DNA of 64,000 nucleotides from Nitrospirota bacterium. GTDB lineage: Bacteria; Nitrospirota; UBA9217. The notes beneath the pieces are model-generated. The model saw only the letters and a program-made list of their open reading frames with translations, was not told the origin of the DNA and did not search any database. Made by a program: the position numbers and the translations under genes. Below are positions 29,960 to 39,540 of the stretch, piece by piece (position 1 is the stretch's first letter; each line of letters opens with the position of its first letter). The stretch lies in the NCBI GenBank assembly GCA_963740085.1, contig CAVUCU010000001.1, positions 480,001 through 544,000 of the forward strand. Reading direction: 5' to 3'.

Positions 29960-30496
29960 TCAACCATCCCTTTTCAATTCAACATTCCAGTAGAGGTAAT
30001 CGCGCCAGCTCAAAGGCGCGTTCTTGATCCCGAGCGTAAGCGTGACCACCGGCATCCACCGGGGTTTCGCGGGCGGTCTGATCAGCCTCATGTTCGCCTC
30101 ACGCGGGGTCCTGCCTCCCTTTCGGTTATTGCAGGAGAGGCAGGCCGTCACAATGTTCTCCCAGGTGGCCAGGCCTCCCTGCACCTGCGGTATGACATGG
30201 TCGAAGGTAAGGTCCTCCGCCGGATATTTCACACCGCAGTACTGACAGAAGTATTTATCGCGCTGGTAAATATTGGCACGGGAGAACCTCACTTCGCGGC
30301 TTGCGCGTCTGATCTTGACGAGCTTGAGCAAACGGAGGATCGAGGGAAGCCTGAAGGTGAGGGAAACACCCCGGATATCACGGTCATAGGAGTCGATCAC
30401 CTCCACCTTGCCCTGAGTGAGCAGGGTGATCGCCCTCTGCCAGGAAATGATCTTTAGCGGCTCGAATGTTGCGTTCAGGAGCAGCGTCCGTTCCAT
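29960..30496 (-). CDS. HNH endonuclease (McrA-like)
   Basis: LLLNATFEPL, RDKYFCQYCG, DHVIP, NIVTACLSCNNRKG; start moved to ATG 30496. Confidence 0.92.
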   Translation of the reverse strand: MERTLLLNATFEPLKIISWQRAITLLTQGKVEVIDSYDRDIRGVSLTFRLPSILRLLKLVKIRRASREVRFSRANIYQRDKYFCQYCGVKYPAEDLTFDHVIPQVQGGLATWENIVTACLSCNNRKGGRTPREANMRLIRPPAKPRWMPVVTLTLGIKNAPLSWRDYLYWNVELKRDG

Positions 30497-30581
30497 TTGC
30501 AACCCTCGGTGAATGCCGGAACGTCTTGAAATCGATGTCCCGGATGAACCGAAAACACAAAAACACGCTCGTTGAGGTATA

Positions 30582-30632
30582 AAAATACATAAAAAGGTAA
30601 CATTTGTCAATAGGGTTGAAACTTTGTATAAT
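30582..30632. promoter_or_regulatory. Overlapping divergent sigma70 promoters
   Basis: + strand TTGTCA(30604)-17-TATAAT(30627); - strand TTGACA(30610)-17-TATTTT. Confidence 0.6.
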
Positions 30633-30638
30633 GGGGTA

Positions 30639-31520
30639 ATGTCCGAATCCGAGGAGACAAGAAGCGAGCAGGCAATGGCCGCGAGCGAGGAAGAGATCGC
30701 CAGGTATCTCCATGATCCTTCGCCCAGGGTCATTCGGGCACTGCTCGAAAACAGACGCCTGGTCGAGGAAGATGTCCTGATCATCGTGAAAAGAAAGAAC
30801 CTGCCCTCGAACATCCTCGAAATGATCTTTAAGGACAAACGCTGGGCAGAGAGCTACCCGGTGCGACATGCCCTCGCCCGGAATCCCCGGTCACCGCTCT
30901 CGGTCTCGCTCTCCATCGCCCGCTACCTCCGGATCTTCGACCTTGAAGAGATAACGCGCAGCCATTTCATTCCCCTCGTCTTCAGGCGCAAGGTCGAGAT
31001 GATCATCAACGAGCGGATCCCCGCCATGCCGCTGGGGAACAAGAAGACGCTCGCCAAGAAAGCTGCTGGCGACGTTCTGCTTAAATTGCTTCTCGACGCC
31101 GACGCCGAGGTCGTGAAACTCTGTCTCAACAATCCCCATATCACCGAGGGGCACTTCTTTAAGGTCATCAGTCGCAAAGACACACGCGCAGAGACGATCC
31201 TGATGATCGCGGAACACCCGAACTGGTCAAGCCGCACTCCGATACGGTTCTCCCTGGTCCGCAATGCGCATACACCCCTCTCACTATCAGTACGGTTTCT
31301 CGCCGCCATGAAGATCGCGGACCTGAGGGACCTCTATGCCGATCCGTCCGTACCCGTGACCATCAAGCCGTTCGTCCACCGGGAACTCTGGCAGCGCGGA
31401 GAAGAACCAACACAGGTTGTTGAGGAAAAGGTCTTTGAAATAGGTGAAGAAGAAATGGCGGAGATCGAAACGGAAGGAGGAATGCCGATGCTTGTTGATG
31501 AAGAGGAACAGAAAGAGTGA
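30639..31520 (+). CDS. Helical-repeat hypothetical protein (LRV/HEAT-like)
   Basis: Repeated ALxxNP units (ALLENR, ALARNP, CLNNP, LVRNA). Confidence 0.8.
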   Translation: MSESEETRSEQAMAASEEEIARYLHDPSPRVIRALLENRRLVEEDVLIIVKRKNLPSNILEMIFKDKRWAESYPVRHALARNPRSPLSVSLSIARYLRIFDLEEITRSHFIPLVFRRKVEMIINERIPAMPLGNKKTLAKKAAGDVLLKLLLDADAEVVKLCLNNPHITEGHFFKVISRKDTRAETILMIAEHPNWSSRTPIRFSLVRNAHTPLSLSVRFLAAMKIADLRDLYADPSVPVTIKPFVHRELWQRGEEPTQVVEEKVFEIGEEEMAEIETEGGMPMLVDEEEQKE

Positions 31521-31556
31521 GGGGGCCCGGCCTTGTCAAAGCGGTACCATAAATCG

Positions 31557-31700
31557 GTCTCTCGCAGAGCACGCAGAGAACACAGAGTTAATTCAAAACC
31601 CTCAAGTCATGGTTTTAACCCAAAAATTTTCAGCTTCTCTCTGCGGCCTCTGCGGAAGTCCTAAGTGGCCGCTTTTCTTTCATAGGCTACTGCGAGAAAA
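31557..31700. mobile_element. MITE-like element, family B copy 1 (insertion in right arm)
   Basis: tctcgcagagcacgcagagaacacagag ... ctctgcggcctctgcg[insert]ctgcgagaaa. Confidence 0.7.
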
Positions 31701-31738
31701 TTTCTTACCGTCTTGATACGAATTTGATTCATAACCGA

Positions 31739-32872
31739 CTACTTCACGAATTTAAGCGCCCATCCCCTGCCCACCGTGATCGCGCCCTGGGGGCAGAACT
31801 CCTGACAGCAGAAGCAGCGAATGCAGTCGCGGTAACGTATCTCAAGCTTTTCCCCCCGGATCTCTATCGCTTTCTGCGGACAATGGCTCTGACAGATTCC
31901 GCATTGGATGCATGAGATATTATTGATCACCGGCCTTGTGGTCAAAGCGTCCTTAAGCACCATCCTCGCCCATTCGGGGAGACGCCATTCGAGGTGTGCC
32001 TGCGGCGGCAGGCGAAAGTGTTTGACCTCGATGCCGGACAACGCTGTTCCAAGCACCCTGATGCGGTCAAGCCGCGTTTCTCCATAACCCGCTGCGACAG
32101 CCGCCCTGATAACGGGAAGTTTTTCGGACGCTACGCCCACCACACTGCTGGAAACCACATCCACGGCCACCGGATCCTCACCTGCGATCACGACACCGAT
32201 CTGCCGCGGGTCGCCGCTGCCGGGACCGTTCCCTTCCATACCGATGACCGCGTCCATAATAGTCAGGCGCGGCCTGAGCAAGGCACAGAGCTCGATAAGC
32301 ATGAGGGCAAAAAGCTCGTGATTCACCCCGGTATTGAAATGCCACTGGACCTTGCGCTTGCCGGGAACGCACCCGAAGAGGTTCTTGACCGCCCCGGTGA
32401 GCGTCGTCATGCCGTGGGTCTTGAACTTCGGGAGATTGATGATCGCATCGGCCTCATAGGCCGCCCGGGCGATCTCGAAGCGCTGGAACCTGCCGTGATT
32501 CCTGACCTGCACGACCTCGTCCAACTCTACCAGTGTCGCGCCTTCCTCACTCACGACATCAAGGATGCCGGTCTTCTCGCACACCTTCCGGAGATCACCC
32601 ATGCCCGGGCTGTCGCCGACCAGTGCCGCACCATCCGCTTCCCTGACAAGCCTGATGACTGCCCGCACGACCTCGGGATGGGTGGTAACGGCCGCCTCGG
32701 GAGAACTCGCCTTCAGAAGATTCGGCTTGATGAGCACCCGCTCGCCGGACTTCACGAATGCCCGTATCCCGCCAAGCAGGTCCACTGCCTGCTGTATCGC
32801 GGAGAACGTCCCTTCGCGGCCATAATCGGCACATCGTATGATTGAGACAGCAGATGATATCTTGTCAATCAT
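31739..32872 (-). CDS. DUF362 protein with C-terminal 2x[4Fe-4S] ferredoxin domain
   Basis: VLIKPNLL, KFKTH, GAVKNLFG, CIQCGICQSHCP, CIRCFCCQEFCP. Confidence 0.9.
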   Translation of the reverse strand: MIDKISSAVSIIRCADYGREGTFSAIQQAVDLLGGIRAFVKSGERVLIKPNLLKASSPEAAVTTHPEVVRAVIRLVREADGAALVGDSPGMGDLRKVCEKTGILDVVSEEGATLVELDEVVQVRNHGRFQRFEIARAAYEADAIINLPKFKTHGMTTLTGAVKNLFGCVPGKRKVQWHFNTGVNHELFALMLIELCALLRPRLTIMDAVIGMEGNGPGSGDPRQIGVVIAGEDPVAVDVVSSSVVGVASEKLPVIRAAVAAGYGETRLDRIRVLGTALSGIEVKHFRLPPQAHLEWRLPEWARMVLKDALTTRPVINNISCIQCGICQSHCPQKAIEIRGEKLEIRYRDCIRCFCCQEFCPQGAITVGRGWALKFVK

Positions 32873-33058
32873 GTGAATTGTCTCAGGTAGTTAGAATGAA
32901 CACTGGAATCGCTTATTCACGAAATATGCACGATGTGAATAAATGCAGGACTGCTCACGACCCTATAGACCTGTCCTGTCGGGCCGATAATTTCTAATGC
33001 AATGAGATCCTCTATTGTTTTCCAGCCATGGACGGCATGCAGGCCATTACGGATATCT

Positions 33059-33832
33059 TCACCTGCATCGCAGTATCTCAACCATGAGTCCGTGAATTTT
33101 GCCGTTACTTGCGAGGACCTCGTCATCGTGGATGCTGAATTTCTCGCCGGAGAAATCCGATACCCTGCCTCCTGCCTCACGAACGATGAGGCTCCCTGCC
33201 GCCACGTCCCAGGGTTTGAGTTTGAGTTCCCAGAAACCATCAAATCTTCCGGATGCCACTGAGCACAGGTCGAGGGCTGCGGAGCCGTCGCGGCGCACCT
33301 CCTGGGATGCCATGAGAAGATCGTGGAAGTGATCCAGGTTGTTCTTTTCACTCAGCTTGCGGTCGTAGGGAAATCCCGTGGCAAGAAGACTTTTTATGAG
33401 CGTATCGATGCCGGAGACCTTGATCGGCTTCCCGTTCAAGAAGGCCCCCTTCTCTTTTTGCGCCGTGAACAGCTCATCTCTCATCGGGTCGTACACGACA
33501 CCGAGGACGATCTCATCCTCCTGTTCAAGAGCAATGGAAACGGAAAAACAGGGATAGCCGTGCGCATAGTTTGTGGTACCGTCAAGAGGGTCGATGATCC
33601 AGGTCAAACCGGAACCGTTGAGTATCCTGGTCCCTTCTTCTGCGATGATACCATGGCCGGGGAAGGATTCGAGCAGCGTCTCGACCACCGCCCGCTCAGA
33701 CCTCATGTCCATCTCGGTTACCAGGTTGATATCGCCCTTCAAGGTGATCTCGCGTATTCCGTGGATATTGTCCCTTAAGATCCCGCCGGCCCTGAGCGCC
33801 GCTTCGCTGGCAACTGATAGAACATCCTTCAT
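33059..33832 (-). CDS. suhB: Inositol monophosphatase (SuhB family)
   Basis: WIIDPLDGTTNYAHG, GSAALDL, WDVAAG. Confidence 0.9.
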   Translation of the reverse strand: MKDVLSVASEAALRAGGILRDNIHGIREITLKGDINLVTEMDMRSERAVVETLLESFPGHGIIAEEGTRILNGSGLTWIIDPLDGTTNYAHGYPCFSVSIALEQEDEIVLGVVYDPMRDELFTAQKEKGAFLNGKPIKVSGIDTLIKSLLATGFPYDRKLSEKNNLDHFHDLLMASQEVRRDGSAALDLCSVASGRFDGFWELKLKPWDVAAGSLIVREAGGRVSDFSGEKFSIHDDEVLASNGKIHGLMVEILRCR

Positions 33833-33886
33833 CCGTCCTCCGGAACCATATTAAAAAATGAATGATATGCTTATTGTAACTTTATA

Positions 33887-33917
33887 TTGACAAGAGAATG
33901 AAAGCGAGTTATATACT
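33887..33917 (+). promoter_or_regulatory. Promoter of the XRE regulator, probably leaderless
   Basis: TTGACA at 33887, TATACT at 33912 (19-bp spacer), ATG 7 nt later. Confidence 0.5.
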
Positions 33918-33924
33918 TTTTACC

Positions 33925-34182
33925 ATGGCTATGACCCTTGCGGATAAACTCAAAAAGCTGCGGAAGAAAACGAAACTCTCGATGAGCCAGGTGGCGCGTA
34001 TCTCGGAACTCGCGCCGGACCATCGCGGCGGGATCACACAGGGCTATCTCTCCCGTCTGGAATCCGGCAAAGAGAACAACCCGAGCCTTATGAAGCTCAT
34101 GACCTTGTGCAGCATTTACATGGTTAAGCCCAACGACTTATTCGTAAAAAGCAGCTTGAAAAAACCCCGTAAAACCCGATAG
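33925..34182 (+). CDS. XRE-family HTH transcriptional regulator
   Basis: LKKLR..LSMSQVA..ITQGYLSRLESG..NPSL. Confidence 0.88.
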   Translation: MAMTLADKLKKLRKKTKLSMSQVARISELAPDHRGGITQGYLSRLESGKENNPSLMKLMTLCSIYMVKPNDLFVKSSLKKPRKTR

Positions 34183-34203
34183 TCACCCCACTCGCGAACA
34201 TTC

Positions 34204-35040
34204 CTATCGTACGCTCCATTTATGCGGCTTATGACAGCTTGTGCAGCCCTTGCTTGTATGGTGAACCTGCTTGAGCAGCAGTACCTCTGAGGTATGGCAT
34301 CGCAGGCAATCCGAGTCGCTCGGTTTAATGCGGGCATGCGGTTTGTGGCACTCATAGCAGTTCAGGCGCGCCATAGGTACCCGGTCAGGGAAGGTCGTCT
34401 TTGATGATTTTCGATGACAGGACAGGCACCGGTCCCGGTCCGGAATGAAGGCTTCCCGTTGCTTCGGTGAGAAGGGATGGCATCTGAGACAGGAGATTTT
34501 CTCCATTCCCACCCCATGAACTTCCCAATTCTTGTGACAGCGAAGACAGGCGGACGTATCGGGCCTGAAGGAATGCACTGTCCGGCTGTGACAATCCTTG
34601 CATGCGAGCTTTTCCATAAAGACGTGCCGCGCATGACCCGTTGACTTATTCACAGCCAGAGATCCCTGGGCAGCCTCATCCCAGTGGCACTTCGTGCAAG
34701 TCCTCCACGGGGTCTCATTCCCGTGCGGTTCAGGCGTTTTCCGGCTCGTCGTAAAAACAAATCTGATCAGCAACGCGTTTTGCTCCAGCATGCCGAGATG
34801 GTGGCATTCCTGACACACGATATTCCGGTGACCCGAGAGCTTCCATGCCTTGTACGCCTCTTCCATGAGATGGCAGCTGCTGCAAAATCCCGGGTCCTTC
34901 TGAATATAGTTGTAGTACCGAACCGCAAGCACGATACCGAGAACCGAAATGGTAAGCATAAGGGAAACAACGATGACCTTTTCCCGCGGGCTGAGGCCCT
35001 TTTCAAGTTTGTCGAATATTTTTGAAATTAGTTTATACAT
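34204..35040 (-). CDS. Membrane-anchored decaheme cytochrome c, NapC/NrfH-like N-terminus
   Basis: One TM helix then 10 CXXCH motifs; the first is CSSCHLM (CXXCHXM). Confidence 0.9.
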   Translation of the reverse strand: MYKLISKIFDKLEKGLSPREKVIVVSLMLTISVLGIVLAVRYYNYIQKDPGFCSSCHLMEEAYKAWKLSGHRNIVCQECHHLGMLEQNALLIRFVFTTSRKTPEPHGNETPWRTCTKCHWDEAAQGSLAVNKSTGHARHVFMEKLACKDCHSRTVHSFRPDTSACLRCHKNWEVHGVGMEKISCLRCHPFSPKQREAFIPDRDRCLSCHRKSSKTTFPDRVPMARLNCYECHKPHARIKPSDSDCLRCHTSEVLLLKQVHHTSKGCTSCHKPHKWSVR

Positions 35041-35047
35041 AGTAAGA

Positions 35048-35137
35048 TCAGGGGTCAGGATACAGGGTCAGCATCCGGAAGAACTCCATGAATCAGCTCA
35101 GTGTCATCCTCCCGGCTCCTGAATTCCGGCTTCTGAC
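35048..35137. repeat. Inverted heptamer array (TCAGGGG / CTCCTGA-like)
   Basis: tcaggggtcaggatacagggtcagcat ... ctcccggctcctgaattccggcttctga. Confidence 0.65.
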
Positions 35138-36150
35138 TACGTTATCAAATGTTCCGCGATCTGCACTGCATTCAGCGCCGCACCCTTGCGCAGATTATCC
35201 GATACGATCCACATATTGATGCCGTTCGGGATCGACTCATCAACCCTGATCCTCCCCACATAAACCTCATCCTTGCCGGTCACATCGATCGCCAATGGAT
35301 AGAGGCTCCTCTTCGGGTCGTCGTACACGATAACGCCCGGAGCACCCGAAAGGACGGCCCTAGCTTCGTCGGCCGAGATGGCCTTCACCGTCTCGATGTT
35401 CACCGATTCGGAGTGGCATCGGAACACGGGCACCCGCACGGTCGTGGCCGTCACACGAATGGAATCGTCCTCCATGATCTTCTTCGTCTCGTTCAGCAAC
35501 TTCATCTCTTCTGTGGAATAACCGTTATCGAGAAAAGAACCGATATGCGGAAGGCAGTTGAATGCGATCTGATGGGGATAGACCTTCGTCTCGACATCCC
35601 TGAAGTTCAGGAGTGCCACCGTCTGACCCGCCAGTTCGGCTATGGCATCCTTGCCTGTTCCCGAAACAGCCTGGAACGTTGTAACCACGATGCGCTTGAT
35701 CTTCACGGCGTCATGGATCGGCTTGATAGCCACAACCATGCCGATCGTGGAACAGTTCGGGTTCGCGATGATTCCCGCGTGCCTGGCAATCGTGTGGGCG
35801 TTCACTTCGGGAACCACAAGCGGCACCGTCGGGTCCATGCGAAAAGCGCTCGAGTTATCGATCACTACGGCTCCGGACTTTACGGCCGCCGGAGCGAACT
35901 CCAGGCTTCGCTCGGCGCCTGCCGCGAAGAGCGCGATATCCACGCCCGAGAACGCATCCCTGGTCAATCTCCCGACCACCAGCTTTTTGCCGTTAAACTC
36001 GACCCTTTCGCCTTCGGAACGCTCCGAAGCGAGGGGAATGAGCTCGGAAACGGGGAACGAGCGTTCCTCGAGAATCTCGATCATTTCCCGGCCGACGGCG
36101 CCGGTAGCGCCGGCAACGGCAACAACGTATTTAGCTTTTTTCTTGAGCAT
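35137..36150 (-). CDS. asd: Aspartate-semialdehyde dehydrogenase (short/USG-like type)
   Basis: GATGAVG, DNSSAFRM, NPNCSTI, DNLRKGAALN. Confidence 0.93.
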   Translation of the reverse strand: MLKKKAKYVVAVAGATGAVGREMIEILEERSFPVSELIPLASERSEGERVEFNGKKLVVGRLTRDAFSGVDIALFAAGAERSLEFAPAAVKSGAVVIDNSSAFRMDPTVPLVVPEVNAHTIARHAGIIANPNCSTIGMVVAIKPIHDAVKIKRIVVTTFQAVSGTGKDAIAELAGQTVALLNFRDVETKVYPHQIAFNCLPHIGSFLDNGYSTEEMKLLNETKKIMEDDSIRVTATTVRVPVFRCHSESVNIETVKAISADEARAVLSGAPGVIVYDDPKRSLYPLAIDVTGKDEVYVGRIRVDESIPNGINMWIVSDNLRKGAALNAVQIAEHLIT

Positions 36151-36178
36151 GATTCATTTAACAATAGGAACAAAATTC

Positions 36179-36262
36179 ACCGCGAAGGCGCAAAGGACGC
36201 AAAGGAAAGCTTTACTTTTGTTTAGATCTTTAAAACCTTCGCGCTCTTGGCGCCTTTGCGGT
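36179..36262. repeat. Inverted 9-bp-period repeat element
   Basis: accgcgaaggcgcaaaggacgcaaagg ... ccttcgcgctcttggcgcctttgcggt. Confidence 0.8.
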
Positions 36263-36284
36263 TCAAGAACTTAATTTCTTGGTA

Positions 36285-37397
36285 TTATTTTTCCACCACG
36301 ATGCGCAGCATGCGCCTCAGCGGTTCCGCCGCGCCCCAGAGAAGTTGGTCGCCGCAGGTAAAGGCGTTCAGGAACGTCGGGCCCATATTCATCTTGCGTA
36401 ACCGTCCGACCGGCACGGTAAGCGTGCCGGTGATCGCTGCCGGCGTCAGCTCCCGTATGGTTATCTCACGATTATTGGGGACCACCTTGACCCACTTGTT
36501 GTGTTTGGCGATCATGTCCGTGATCTCCGCAAGCGGAACATCCCTGGTCATCTTTATCGTCAATGCCTGGCTGTGACAGCGCATCGCGCCCACGCGCACG
36601 CAGGTGCCGTCGATCAGGATCGGATTGCTTTCTCGGCCCAGGATCTTGTTCGTCTCCGCCTGGCCTTTCCATTCTTCCCTGCTCTGGCCGTTGTCAAGCT
36701 GCTTGTCGATCCAGGGAATGACAGAGCCGGCAAGCGGCACGCCGAAGAACTCTTTCGGATAAGCATCGGAGCGAATGTGGTCGGAGACCGTGCGGTCGAT
36801 CTCGAGGATGGCGCCGGACGGATCGTCAAGCAGGGACTTCACGGTGCCATGGATAGAGCCCATCTGTTTCAGCAACTCGCGCATATTGTTCGCGCCGGCG
36901 CCCGAGGCAGCCTGGTAGGTCATGGCGCTCATCCATTCAACCAATCCTCGCTCAAACAGACCACCCAAAGCCATGAGCATGAGCGACACCGTGCAGTTTC
37001 CGCCGATGTAGTTCTTGATCCCCTTTGCCATGCCGTTCTTGATCACGTTCAGGTTGACCGGATCGAGGATGATAATGGAGTCCTTCTCCATCCGCAGCGC
37101 TGATGCGGCGTCGATCCAGTAACCCTTCCAGCCTCCGCCCCGCAGTTTTGGATAGATCTCATTGGTGTAATCTCCGCCCTGGCACGAGACAATGACATCC
37201 ATCGCCTTCAATTCATCGTCGCTCTTCGCATCCTTGAGCGTTGGAACGTCCCTGCCGATGTTCGGCCCCTTGCCTCCAACGTTCGACGTGGTGAAGAAAA
37301 CCGGATCGATAAGATTGAAATCCTTTTCCTCGTTCATGCGGCCCATGAGCACGGAGCCCACCATCCCGCGCCAACCAATAAAACCTACTTTTATCAT
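36285..37397 (-). CDS. asd: Aspartate-semialdehyde dehydrogenase (E. coli-type long form)
   Basis: [38 protein letters not shown]. Confidence 0.95.
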   Translation of the reverse strand: MIKVGFIGWRGMVGSVLMGRMNEEKDFNLIDPVFFTTSNVGGKGPNIGRDVPTLKDAKSDDELKAMDVIVSCQGGDYTNEIYPKLRGGGWKGYWIDAASALRMEKDSIIILDPVNLNVIKNGMAKGIKNYIGGNCTVSLMLMALGGLFERGLVEWMSAMTYQAASGAGANNMRELLKQMGSIHGTVKSLLDDPSGAILEIDRTVSDHIRSDAYPKEFFGVPLAGSVIPWIDKQLDNGQSREEWKGQAETNKILGRESNPILIDGTCVRVGAMRCHSQALTIKMTRDVPLAEITDMIAKHNKWVKVVPNNREITIRELTPAAITGTLTVPVGRLRKMNMGPTFLNAFTCGDQLLWGAAEPLRRMLRIVVEK

Positions 37398-37459
37398 TGC
37401 TTTGCTCCTGCTTTATGTTATTCTAATTTGTACTCTGAACTCCGTACTCTGAACTATTA

Positions 37460-38536
37460 TTACACCATCCCCGCTACCATATCCCCCACTTCCGTGGTCG
37501 AGTATCCCATCTTCCCGGCGGCCTGGCTCTTCATCTTTTTCATGACCGCGATCATGGCCGCCTCGATCGTCTGCGATGACTTCGTTTCCCCGAGCGAATC
37601 AAGCATCATCATCGCTGCGCCGATGGCCGCCATGGGATTGATCGCATTTTGTCCCGCATACTTCGGCGCGCTGCCGCCCATGGGCTCGAACATCGAAACG
37701 CCTTCCGGGTTGATGTTGCCGCCCGATGCCACGCCGAGACCTCCCTGGATCATTGCGCCCAGATCGGTGATAATGTCGCCGAACAGGTTCTCCGTGACAG
37801 CCACGTCGAACCATTCGGGGTTCTTCACGAACCACATGTTCGCAGCATCGACGTGGTTATAGTCGCGTTTAAGTTCGGGGTAGTGTTTTGCGCCCATCTC
37901 CTCGAACGCACGATACCAGAGATCCCCGCAATGGGTCAAAACGTTCCGTTTATGGATCAGCGTGATCGGCTTTGCCGCGTATCTCGGATTCTGTGCGTTC
38001 CGCTTCTTCTTCAGCTCAAAGGCATACTTCAGACAACGATCCACGGTGCGGCGATCGTATATCATCAGCTGTGTGGCGATCTCCTCGGATGTGCCCACGC
38101 GCGTTGCTCCACCATGGCCCGTATAGATGCCGCCGGTGTTCTCACGGATTACGACGAAATCGATGTCCTCGGGGCCCTTGTCCTTGAGCGGGGTCTCCAC
38201 GTTGGGATAGAGCTTCACCGGCCTGAGATTGATGTACTGGTCCAGGGCAAAGCGTATCTTGAGCAGGATCCCCGCCTCGAGGATGCCGGGTTTTACATCG
38301 GGATGCCCGATAGCTCCCAGGAACATCGAATCGAATTTTTTGAACTCAGTGATCGCGCTGTCAGGAAGCGTTTCTCCGGTCTTCAGATACCGCGCTGCGC
38401 CGAAATCGAACGAGGTGAAATCGATCTTGAATCCGCCCTTTGCAGCGGCGGCATTGACGACCTTTATCGCTTCCTGAACGACCTCGGGCCCGGTTCCGTC
38501 GCCGGGGATCAATGCGATCTTGTAGGTCTTTGCCAT
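37460..38536 (-). CDS. leuB: 3-isopropylmalate dehydrogenase
   Basis: [26 protein letters not shown]; leu operon context. Confidence 0.92.
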   Translation of the reverse strand: MAKTYKIALIPGDGTGPEVVQEAIKVVNAAAAKGGFKIDFTSFDFGAARYLKTGETLPDSAITEFKKFDSMFLGAIGHPDVKPGILEAGILLKIRFALDQYINLRPVKLYPNVETPLKDKGPEDIDFVVIRENTGGIYTGHGGATRVGTSEEIATQLMIYDRRTVDRCLKYAFELKKKRNAQNPRYAAKPITLIHKRNVLTHCGDLWYRAFEEMGAKHYPELKRDYNHVDAANMWFVKNPEWFDVAVTENLFGDIITDLGAMIQGGLGVASGGNINPEGVSMFEPMGGSAPKYAGQNAINPMAAIGAAMMMLDSLGETKSSQTIEAAMIAVMKKMKSQAAGKMGYSTTEVGDMVAGMV

Positions 38537-38640
38537 GAGTAATGATTCCTCTCGATAAAATGCGAATCAACACATTGAGGACGAAATCGGGAAATCGAAC
38601 GATGAGATGGGGAAATAATGTATGAAAATAATTGTTCAAC

Positions 38641-38904
38641 TCATCGTTTCTCGCCTTTTGAACATGCCCTTATCTCCGAATTTAGGAATTGATCTTTATG
38701 CTTTTTTCTCGCGCTGCAGTTATTCGTCCGCATCTCGGTACACTTGTCGTCACCAGGAGTAAAATCCAGTCCGCAAGAATGCCATGAAGGTCCGCTTGAG
38801 GAGGAATAGGATGGATCGAGGTTCCCGTTGAAATATACGCATTGCGCACAGAGTGAATTCGAATGCGCCTGAAGTGCTTTCATCAGTTTAAAACACGCTG
38901 TCAT
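38641..38904 (-). CDS. Small Cys-rich hypothetical protein
   Basis: ATG immediately after the leuD stop; CAQC plus five further Cys. Confidence 0.45.
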   Translation of the reverse strand: MTACFKLMKALQAHSNSLCAQCVYFNGNLDPSYSSSSGPSWHSCGLDFTPGDDKCTEMRTNNCSARKKHKDQFLNSEIRACSKGEKR

Positions 38905-39402
38905 CTACAGCCCTGCCTTCTTCTTCGTATATGCCATCAGTCCGCCGGCCGCAATGAGTTCTTGCATAAAGGGCGGCACCGGCGCGACCGTGAATGTTTT
39001 ATTCGACGTAAGATTGCGGATCACACCCGCATCCGCATCCACCTCGACCATATCTCCCTCTTTGATGCCGTCAACGGCCTGGGCGCTCTCGAAGATCGGC
39101 AGCCCCATATTGAAGCAGTTCCGGTAAAAGATCCGCGCGAAGCTCTTTGCGACAACGCAGGACACGCCGGCAGCCTTGATGGCGATCGGCGCATGCTCGC
39201 GGGACGACCCGCACCCGAAGTTCTTCTCCGCAACGATGATATCGCCGCGCTTCATCTTCTTCATGAAGTCGGGGTTCATCGAATCCTCCATGCAATGCTT
39301 CGCCAGTTCATCGGGATCGGACGTATTCAAATACCGGGCCGGGACGATCGCATCTGTGTCAATATCCGCGCCGAATTTCCATGCTGTGCCTTTGAATTTC
39401 AT
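38905..39402 (-). CDS. leuD: 3-isopropylmalate dehydratase small subunit
   Basis: DIDTDAIVPA, NFGCGSSREHA, SFARIFYRN. Confidence 0.95.
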   Translation of the reverse strand: MKFKGTAWKFGADIDTDAIVPARYLNTSDPDELAKHCMEDSMNPDFMKKMKRGDIIVAEKNFGCGSSREHAPIAIKAAGVSCVVAKSFARIFYRNCFNMGLPIFESAQAVDGIKEGDMVEVDADAGVIRNLTSNKTFTVAPVPPFMQELIAAGGLMAYTKKKAGL

Positions 39403-39415
39403 CTCACTCCCCATG

Positions 39416-39505
39416 CTTTGACACTGATGTACACTGATTTATTATGAAGGTTCATGATTTATCAGCGCCTATCATAGCCTTTATCCGTGTCCATCCGTGT
39501 CTAAA
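39416..39505. repeat. Inverted 10-bp-period repeat element related to 14325-14432
   Basis: ctttgacactgatgtacactgat ... atccgtgtccatccgtgtctaaa. Confidence 0.7.
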
Positions 39506-39540
39506 AAAGGTTTTTCCGTGTCACCATGGTAAAAAAGCTT

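Noticed and set aside
29950-29962. HNH stop TGA followed by codons for HRV
   Set aside because: Coincidental: the HNH domain is already complete and the downstream structure is not SECIS-like.
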